A stretch of 64,000 nt of DNA from a virus. Taxonomy: Duplodnaviria > Caudoviricetes. The translations under genes were made by a program, and so were the position numbers. The stretch is from the IMG/VR virus record IMGVR_UViG_3300029305_003192. One strand, written 5' to 3'. Shown one piece after another: positions 48,814-55,989 of this stretch. The notes beneath the pieces are model-generated. The model worked only from the letters and a program-made list of their open reading frames with translations, made no database searches and was not told where the DNA came from. Every line of letters begins with the position of its first letter. The stretch's first letter is position 1.

Positions 48814-48846
48814 AATTCAGATACGGACACTGTCCGTATCTGAATT
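48814..48846 (-). promoter_or_regulatory. Hairpin lying between the Shine-Dalgarno and the start codon of 47404..48804
   Basis: Minus strand reads AAAGGAGG-AT-[16-bp inverted repeat]-TAATATATT-ATG. Confidence 0.6.
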
Positions 48847-48860
48847 ATCCTCCTTTAGAA

Positions 48861-50651
48861 TTATTCTTCAGGGAAAACGAAGTACATGTACTTGTCGTTC
48901 TGGTCATATTTAACAAGCACTTCGCCACCAAGCATATCAGTCGAGCATCTTATATACTCTGAACCGGACCATCTATATGATGCATTTGTCGTCGTATCAA
49001 GATATATCTTACCTTTGCCAGGTTCGGCGAATATTGCCGTATCGGATATAAATACGAGTTTGCCGTCGCCATCTACAGCCATCTCACCTTCAACTACATC
49101 ATCAACGAACGATGGTAAGTGCTTTGTAAGAATAATACCATTTGCATCTATTTGAGCATATCCTTTCTTAAGCATATTCTCCGTAAACTGTGATGAATAC
49201 ACTGTAAGAGACGACGGTGTATTATCATCAATAAATGCCGCGGATGTTTCGGTTCTCGCGATTACACTAAGAATACCCGATTCATCTACCTGTAATGTGG
49301 TACCATCTGGACGAATAGAGCCAAGTTCAGATATCGTTGCGGGATGCTTATGTGCATTGATGATATCGTAATATGAAGGTGAATAAGCGGACTCGAATCG
49401 ACCGTTTTCAACTTTAACATGCGTGATGTTGATCGTGAAATTAAATCCCGAGATATTTGTAAACTGAATGATATCATTGGTAGAATGATAATCGTTCTCA
49501 ATAGTAAATGAATATTCAGTCCAGATTGAATCTTTGAGCTCGAATTCTATATCATTATTACAAATACGAAGTCGCATCTTCATAGGTGCAGGTGCGCCGT
49601 CGGTCGGGATAGCCTTGGCAATAAATGAAATAGTTGCATGATGGTTAATAGATGACAGTAAGCTACCTTGCAACGTACATCCATTCGCAACGTATACACT
49701 GCCATACGAATCCGTATATACGTCACCTATATAATCACCATCACATGATACAACGTTACCTGATTCACAGAACCAGTTTCTAGCCACCTTATCCGGGTAC
49801 GTCATATATCTGAAATCTGAATTATATACCAGATTAATTCCACCGAGCTCTCCAAAATAGTATGCTAATGTATTCGCTGATACGTATGGTACGTCATTTG
49901 CAAAGCTCGAAAGTGTGAATGAGCTCATCGTTGCATTGATATTGTTAATGATGGTATCCATCTCGGCAAAGCTCGGGATACTATTCTTAATATTATCAAT
50001 TTCTCTCAATAAATCTGGGGTTGCGAGACCCGATTTTTCATATGATACATTAGGTATGTCTTCATATCTTACATACTTTACATCGTTTGTGTAGTGAGAT
50101 AAGTTCTTGGGTATATCGGTAAGGGTTATATATTTAGCATCATTTTCAAAAGCAGATACTTTCTTTGGAAGATTAGCTGTTAATAAGTACTGCTCGTGGG
50201 TATGATCCTTTGGAGCTCTCGTAGCAATTGCAACATCGAGTGCCTTCTTATATACGATATTTTCAGCATCTATACCCCTGAGCTTCTTGTATAACTCAGG
50301 AGTCATCATACCATTCTCGGTTTCGGATACTATTGGGAAGAGTATGTCTGCCCAATCGAGTGGATCTGGCTGAGTATCATCATTAGATCTTTCCCATATG
50401 AGACTCTTGTTGGAAACAACAGGCTTCCACATGATAAAGTTACGAAGATTCTCATTAAGATATTGCATGAGCTGGTCTACTGTTACTCGAAGGGTAAGGT
50501 CGTTCTCAGTAGCAACGATGAGAGAGTCTCCGAAGTTTAAGGTAGGAGCTTTCTCAATACCTATCTGCTCCAGCTCTAATATTTCAGTAAATTTTAGCTT
50601 CGTTATAGCTTCAACTACATCCGAAGGTAAATTTACAGGAGTGGTATTCAT
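48861..50651 (-). CDS. Tail fibre/baseplate-associated protein with CBM-like domain
   Basis: NGMMTPE, LPKKVSAFENDAKY repeats, NLVYNSDF...VKVENG, LPSFVDDVVE...GKIYLD...YRWSGSEY. Confidence 0.7.
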   Translation of the reverse strand: MNTTPVNLPSDVVEAITKLKFTEILELEQIGIEKAPTLNFGDSLIVATENDLTLRVTVDQLMQYLNENLRNFIMWKPVVSNKSLIWERSNDDTQPDPLDWADILFPIVSETENGMMTPELYKKLRGIDAENIVYKKALDVAIATRAPKDHTHEQYLLTANLPKKVSAFENDAKYITLTDIPKNLSHYTNDVKYVRYEDIPNVSYEKSGLATPDLLREIDNIKNSIPSFAEMDTIINNINATMSSFTLSSFANDVPYVSANTLAYYFGELGGINLVYNSDFRYMTYPDKVARNWFCESGNVVSCDGDYIGDVYTDSYGSVYVANGCTLQGSLLSSINHHATISFIAKAIPTDGAPAPMKMRLRICNNDIEFELKDSIWTEYSFTIENDYHSTNDIIQFTNISGFNFTINITHVKVENGRFESAYSPSYYDIINAHKHPATISELGSIRPDGTTLQVDESGILSVIARTETSAAFIDDNTPSSLTVYSSQFTENMLKKGYAQIDANGIILTKHLPSFVDDVVEGEMAVDGDGKLVFISDTAIFAEPGKGKIYLDTTTNASYRWSGSEYIRCSTDMLGGEVLVKYDQNDKYMYFVFPEE

Positions 50652-50674
50652 ATAAATTCCTCCTTTCGATTGAT

Positions 50675-50686
50675 TATATAGCTGTT
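50675..50686 (-). promoter_or_regulatory. Putative late promoter AACA-N6-TA
   Basis: AACAGCTATATA between a hairpin and a tail gene. Confidence 0.55.
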
Positions 50687-50697
50687 GAAAGGCGGTA

Positions 50698-50731
50698 GTT
50701 ACCCCGTTACCTTTAAAGGTAACGGGGTAAC
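50698..50731. terminator. Perfect 34-nt palindrome/hairpin
   Basis: GTTACCCCGTTACCTTTAAAGGTAACGGGGTAAC. Confidence 0.7.
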
Positions 50732-50986
50732 ATGCTAATGACGTTTGAACACAATATGGTTGTGCTTATCTTAAGATACTGTAGTTAAATCGCATAGGAT
50801 TATGGGGTTAGATTGTAATATCATATACAAGTTAAGCAATGTTAACGTAGAGACATAATAGTTATAGTGTAAGTACACTTGCTCTTTTCGTTGGGGAATT
50901 TCGCACTATTACGTCTGGTAGAAAGAAAGTGTCTACTGGCACAAGTTGAGAAATGCACAGTATAATACCAGACATGTGTTTATTTA

Positions 50987-51424
50987 TCATATCAATTTGA
51001 TATCTTTCATGGGTTCTCCAAAGAAATAATGCCGTACCAAATTATCAATCACTACTGCGACCATGCCAAGGACCATCCAAGCCAGCGAAAAATAGAGGCA
51101 TATTTGGCCGTCAACATTAAACGGTAATTCTGAGTAGTCCCAGATGTCCATTCCTAGCTTAAGATTAAGTATACATCCCGCATAGTATTCCAACAGCGTG
51201 ATTATTATAGAGGCAAGTGGTGCCTGAACCATTAACGGTAAATCTTCGGTTGTCAACTCATCGATGATACCAATTAATATCAAAGATATTCCGCCGAGCA
51301 CTCCCATAGTCCAATGGGTAAATCCTCGATACAGAATTTCAATCGTCATGTAAACCGCAGCACCTACAGCAAAAATAACACAGTATTTTACTATATTGTA
51401 TAACCAACGTTTATTTTTACGCAT
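50987..51424 (-). CDS. Four-TM membrane protein (DUF1113/CmpB-like; possible holin)
   Basis: IEILYRGFTHWTM, LEYYAG, IWDYSELPFNVDGQICLYFS.W; hydrophobic helices. Confidence 0.7.
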   Translation of the reverse strand: MRKNKRWLYNIVKYCVIFAVGAAVYMTIEILYRGFTHWTMGVLGGISLILIGIIDELTTEDLPLMVQAPLASIIITLLEYYAGCILNLKLGMDIWDYSELPFNVDGQICLYFSLAWMVLGMVAVVIDNLVRHYFFGEPMKDIKLI

Positions 51425-52085
51425 CTTCATTCACCTCCTCTTCATCCACATCATCATATTCAACCTCAGGTGCGGAATCGAATGTTATGGTAAATTCCGA
51501 GCGGGCATTTATGTTAGTATTACCAACAATCACGATATCCATTTTGTTAACAGTACCTATCGGGAAGTCCAGGTACTGCACGCCCGTAAACGGATCACCC
51601 ATATCAATATCCTCGGAACCCAGAGGAATACTAACTACTATATTATCGTCAATGTAAATATTGGCTACCGAACCTTCTGAATACGGGTCCTTTATATGCA
51701 CATGAATATGATAAATTGATATATCTTCGAGAGTTTGCTTAATATAGAAATACTTCTCGATACCTTTATCGTCACAATCACGTTCATATTCGAATCTGGT
51801 TGCAACGGATGTATTGAAACAGATAATTTCGTGATTATCATCATGCATCTGACGCTCGTAATCATATACAAATACGCCACCGCCAGCTTCGGTAGACAGG
51901 TCTGAATTAAAGTTAACATAGTCTGGGATATCGATAAACGTGTCGTTATTCTTAACCATGGTATTGAATATACTATCTGGTATAATCTCAGTAAATGATC
52001 TGGTCACAAGTCCTCGTTTAGTGAACGATAATTGTTTAGTGACCCGAAGTTTACTTATCAGATCATCGGTGATATATTCTCGCAT
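51417..52085 (-). CDS. Hypothetical protein
   Basis: Start at ATG 52085 (AAGGAGG RBS). Confidence 0.7.
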   Translation of the reverse strand: MREYITDDLISKLRVTKQLSFTKRGLVTRSFTEIIPDSIFNTMVKNNDTFIDIPDYVNFNSDLSTEAGGGVFVYDYERQMHDDNHEIICFNTSVATRFEYERDCDDKGIEKYFYIKQTLEDISIYHIHVHIKDPYSEGSVANIYIDDNIVVSIPLGSEDIDMGDPFTGVQYLDFPIGTVNKMDIVIVGNTNINARSEFTITFDSAPEVEYDDVDEEEVNEDA

Positions 52086-52113
52086 ATTACCAACCTCCTT
52101 TATATATTTGTAA

Positions 52114-52147
52114 ATCACAGGTAATGACATTCGTCATTACCTGTGAT
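52114..52147. terminator. Hairpin closing the rSAM operon
   Basis: ATCACAGGTAATGAC...GTCATTACCTGTGAT. Confidence 0.7.
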
Positions 52148-52155
52148 ATTTTTAA

Positions 52156-54117
52156 TTATAAATTACGAACCGTACCGTCGGCACCTACGAACTCCCAGTC
52201 ACGTGCAACCTTACCATCAGGATTACATATAACCGGTTTACCTATGTCAAGACATGCCTGTTTATATGCATTGTATTCTGGTGTGTCAACTGCAACTTCG
52301 TATGCTTCCACATCCTTAAGATGTTCTGGTCCGAACGATTCGAGATCCTTAAGCATATCAAGCTCATCATGGTCGATAATTTCAAGAGCCCATTCATCTG
52401 GTACCCAAATCTTAAATCTGAGGAACGGCGCATACTTACGGAAGCCTTTATTCCAGAAGTATGCATTAGCGAGCGCTCTCGCCTTATGCATAATACAGAT
52501 ATATGTCGCACGCTTATCAACCGTACCAAATACCTGATAGTTATATGCAGAGCACCAGCTACAACCGGAAGCAATTGGACAGTTAAAGCATTCGTCAGTG
52601 GACTGCGAACGTCTCGTTACACATCGCATACACTTAATGATATCCTTTTCCTTATCCGTTGGAAGGAGACCATCATATACGTTACCAATGATAACAGGTT
52701 CTCTTTCATCTCCAAGGGAGCTTTCCATATATCTGATACATGGATAAAGATCGCCCTTATAGTCGCAAGAGAGCATTGAACCGGTACCACCGCACCAGTT
52801 ATTATTTTCCTCTGGACTCATCGGACAGAAATTGGTATCCTCAAAGATAGAGAAATAGATCTTATCGAAGAGATCCTTCTCGATGATATAGTCAGCCAAC
52901 TGCTTCAGCTGATTATAGAGTATATTTGCATAATGAGCATCCCAGCCTTCTTCATATACGCAATTGAGGAAGATTTCCTCATAACCAAGAGCGATAAGGT
53001 TCTGAGTAGCCACAAATACTTTGTCGACATTACCTGGAGCGATTGTCATCTTACTTCCCATATGACCGTGGTGGAATTCCTTAAAGTGCTTAACACCAGC
53101 GATTGCGATATCGTAACTACCGCTACCGTCTGGGAAAATACGGCACGCGTCGTGGAGTTCCTTATTACCATCGATAGAGATGGAGAATGAGAGATGATAC
53201 TTATTCTTGGTGATATACTCCTGGAACTTCGGATCGAAGTAAAGTACACCATTAGAGCAGATAGAAATCATAAACTTATCTCTCCACGGGTGGTCGAGTT
53301 CAATCATTCTATCGTAAAGATAGTCAGTTACCTTGTCGATGAGGTCGATTTCGAGGAGTGGTTCACCACCAATAAATTCAACGATGAGTCCCTCACTGAT
53401 TTTTGTATTAACATAGTCATTTTCTCTATCATCTTCGAGAAGCATATCAATATATCTCTTAGCGATATCAAAAGACATACGGTGTGTCTGCTTGTTAATC
53501 TGATAACAGTTGTGTACACCAATATCGTTTGCAAGATATGTGTGGGTTGATGTACCGATATTATATACATCAATCATTCTTTGATTATATTTAATGGCTG
53601 AAACGCCTCTCCAGTTAAACTCGCCAGTATGTGTATCAAACATATACAGCAAACATCCTGGATTCTCGTCATCAGTCATATATTTTCTGAGTTCATCAGC
53701 CTCTACCCAGTGACCATAATCATCATCCTTACCCTTCATATAAACGGAGTGGTTTGGAGTAATCTGAAGGACAGTCTGGTCATCCATAACAATTGACATG
53801 GTTACGGCCTGACGCTGGAAGAGCTGTTCTACCTTGGCAGTTTCAAGTTCGCCAGTAGCTTCGTTAAATGCAATAATTTCATCGCCAACCTGAATATCTC
53901 TGATTGGCTTACTGGACTTATCTACCATTGTAATGTGAGTATTTCCACTCACACAGTAAGTACAACGAAGATTGCACGCGTCAGTTACCTGAAGCGTGCA
54001 AGTTCTTGTTAAACCGTCATGGTAGGAATCGTCCGCCGATGGTGCTCGGTCTCGACCATAAAGTCGTGCGACCTTATCCTGATAATTTTCAGTTATCTTG
54101 TACTTACGACGAAACAT
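52156..54117 (-). CDS. Radical SAM/SPASM peptide maturase, CXXX-repeat target class, intein-containing
   Basis: CNLRCTY[intein]CYQ, FIGGEPLL, SNG, SISIDG, GSY; SPASM WCGG...YPC...CxxCxxxxxCxxC...C. Confidence 0.9.
   Translation of the reverse strand: MFRRKYKITENYQDKVARLYGRDRAPSADDSYHDGLTRTCTLQVTDACNLRCTYCVSGNTHITMVDKSSKPIRDIQVGDEIIAFNEATGELETAKVEQLFQRQAVTMSIVMDDQTVLQITPNHSVYMKGKDDDYGHWVEADELRKYMTDDENPGCLLYMFDTHTGEFNWRGVSAIKYNQRMIDVYNIGTSTHTYLANDIGVHNCYQINKQTHRMSFDIAKRYIDMLLEDDRENDYVNTKISEGLIVEFIGGEPLLEIDLIDKVTDYLYDRMIELDHPWRDKFMISICSNGVLYFDPKFQEYITKNKYHLSFSISIDGNKELHDACRIFPDGSGSYDIAIAGVKHFKEFHHGHMGSKMTIAPGNVDKVFVATQNLIALGYEEIFLNCVYEEGWDAHYANILYNQLKQLADYIIEKDLFDKIYFSIFEDTNFCPMSPEENNNWCGGTGSMLSCDYKGDLYPCIRYMESSLGDEREPVIIGNVYDGLLPTDKEKDIIKCMRCVTRRSQSTDECFNCPIASGCSWCSAYNYQVFGTVDKRATYICIMHKARALANAYFWNKGFRKYAPFLRFKIWVPDEWALEIIDHDELDMLKDLESFGPEHLKDVEAYEVAVDTPEYNAYKQACLDIGKPVICNPDGKVARDWEFVGADGTVRNL
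53509..53955 (-). mobile_element. Mini-intein (149 aa, no homing endonuclease) in the rSAM gene
   Basis: Block A CVSGNTHI, block B TPNH, block F/G VYNIGT...YLANDIGVHN followed by Cys+1. Confidence 0.9.
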
Positions 54118-54155
54118 AATTTACCTCCATTAGTCTTTCATTATGACAGCAAAAA

Positions 54156-54803
54156 TTACACTGCATATGATACTGTTACCTTCTTAGTATCAAAATCAAG
54201 AGACCAGGAGCGTGTGTTGATAGGAGCGTCTGGTTCGTTTGTATCAAACCATACTCTCACGTATTCGCGGTCGATAATCTTGATATTATTCTGGTAAGCA
54301 TCCTCGACTTCATCATAGATTTTCTGGAGTTCCATGAAGGATGGGTTATCGATCGATGGAGCAATCTGAATTACTCTATCAATGATATCAGCAAGGGCTG
54401 TTCGCTCGATGGAAAGCTCTCTCTGCTTTTCGATGAATTCCGCATCCATATCAATATCAGTTTCAGTCGTCTGACGATTGTCATTACCATTATATGTGAT
54501 GGTAAGTACATGTGACGCGAAGTCGATGACCCAGTTAACAACCGCAGTTTCACCCCACTTTTCGATAGAAAGTGGACGTGCATACTTATCGGAAATTGCT
54601 GTCTTGTCATGGCTGTAGTCAGCTTCGAGCTTGCAAATTTCCTTAAAAATCTTCTGGAGGGTCTCGTTATTGAAGGATGTATCCTTAGAAATAAGACGGG
54701 CCACATCAGTGCATCTTCTGTCAATCATATCAGCACGTCTTTCGAGTGTAATATTTTCGTCTTCCTCGATAGTAATCTTGATCATTGTTTCATTCATATT
54801 CAT
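54156..54803 (-). CDS. CXXX-repeat modification system accessory protein, two tandem domains
   Basis: Two ~100-aa helical units ending NWVIDFASHVLTI and SWSLDFDTKKVTV; adjacent to the rSAM. Confidence 0.7.
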   Translation of the reverse strand: MNMNETMIKITIEEDENITLERRADMIDRRCTDVARLISKDTSFNNETLQKIFKEICKLEADYSHDKTAISDKYARPLSIEKWGETAVVNWVIDFASHVLTITYNGNDNRQTTETDIDMDAEFIEKQRELSIERTALADIIDRVIQIAPSIDNPSFMELQKIYDEVEDAYQNNIKIIDREYVRVWFDTNEPDAPINTRSWSLDFDTKKVTVSYAV

Positions 54804-54855
54804 TATAGATTCCTCCTATAAATTTCATTACCATTCTATTGATATTCGCTATTTT

Positions 54856-55671
54856 TTAAGCATCAAAGCTTTGACTTGTGGCTACCGCCGAGCACGATGT
54901 AGTGCATACAATTGCACATGTACTGTTACATGAGGATGTGCATCCGAAACACTGTAATTTACAGCTTTCTTTACACGTCTGTGTACATTCTTCCATACAT
55001 GTATATCCGCATGATTCTCTACAATCATTATCGCATGTAGTTGCACATGAATTGGTACATGTTGTCGAGCATGTTCCCGCACACGAGCCGCACAAATGAA
55101 TACATCCTGCACCGCACGTAGAACATTGACCCATACAATTATCACCACATGAGTTTTGACAAAATCCAAAGCACGCATTCGAGCATCCCTCACAACCGTC
55201 AGTGCACGCATCACTACATGTCGACGTACAACCTAGACATACGCCGGTGCAGCTATGGAGACACTCGGCACCGCATGCTGATGAACACACGTCTCCACAT
55301 GCACCACTACACTTTCCACGACATGTACTGCCACAGCCGGAACAGCCGGAGCATCCCTGGCATAGATTTTTGCAGGAATCACTACAACCACCAGAGCATC
55401 CTCCGCATCCATCAGTACAGTCACCTCTACATCCTCCAGAACACGAATTGACGCATCCTGTTCCGCATCCGTACTGACAATCTGCAGTACACCCATTACA
55501 GCCACCTTGACATGTTGCTTGGCATCCATAATGACACCCATGACCGCATCCTTCAGTACACAGCGCACTACATACTACCAAACATGAGTTACCACATCCG
55601 CCTGAACATTCGCCAAAATAATCACCATCGGGCTGACCACCTACGATATTACTAGTATTCGGATCTGACAT
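54856..55671 (-). CDS. Cys-x-x-x repeat protein (271 aa)
   Basis: Near-continuous Cxxx/Cxx periodicity; GAGGTGA RBS. Confidence 0.85.
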   Translation of the reverse strand: MSDPNTSNIVGGQPDGDYFGECSGGCGNSCLVVCSALCTEGCGHGCHYGCQATCQGGCNGCTADCQYGCGTGCVNSCSGGCRGDCTDGCGGCSGGCSDSCKNLCQGCSGCSGCGSTCRGKCSGACGDVCSSACGAECLHSCTGVCLGCTSTCSDACTDGCEGCSNACFGFCQNSCGDNCMGQCSTCGAGCIHLCGSCAGTCSTTCTNSCATTCDNDCRESCGYTCMEECTQTCKESCKLQCFGCTSSCNSTCAIVCTTSCSAVATSQSFDA

Positions 55672-55678
55672 ATACTAA

Positions 55679-55981
55679 TCACCTCGTCCCATATGTTTTT
55701 ATAATAATTGCATTCTCACTACCAAAGCACGAGAATGCACAACCACTAGAGCATGAACGACTGCAATCATTTCCGCAAGAAGTTGCACAACTTCCTTCAC
55801 ATTTATTAGCACAGCTAATACATGAGTTCTTACATCCCTGACATGAACCTTTACAGTCTCCAGAGCACTGTGATTCACACGTTCCATAACAACTGCCCAG
55901 ACACGTATTAAAACACGTGTCTGTACAGGTCGTTTCGCATGATGATGCACAGTCAATACACTCGATAGTCAATGGTATCAT
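55679..55981 (-). CDS. Cys-x-x-x repeat protein (100 aa)
   Basis: Continuous Cxxx periodicity; AGGTGA RBS. Confidence 0.8.
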   Translation of the reverse strand: MIPLTIECIDCASSCETTCTDTCFNTCLGSCYGTCESQCSGDCKGSCQGCKNSCISCANKCEGSCATSCGNDCSRSCSSGCAFSCFGSENAIIIKTYGTR

Positions 55982-55989
55982 ATCATCAC

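Noticed and set aside
26615-50651. Diversity-generating retroelement or invertase-driven tail switching
   Set aside because: No reverse transcriptase, no TR/VR pair differing at adenines and no recombinase seen in the window
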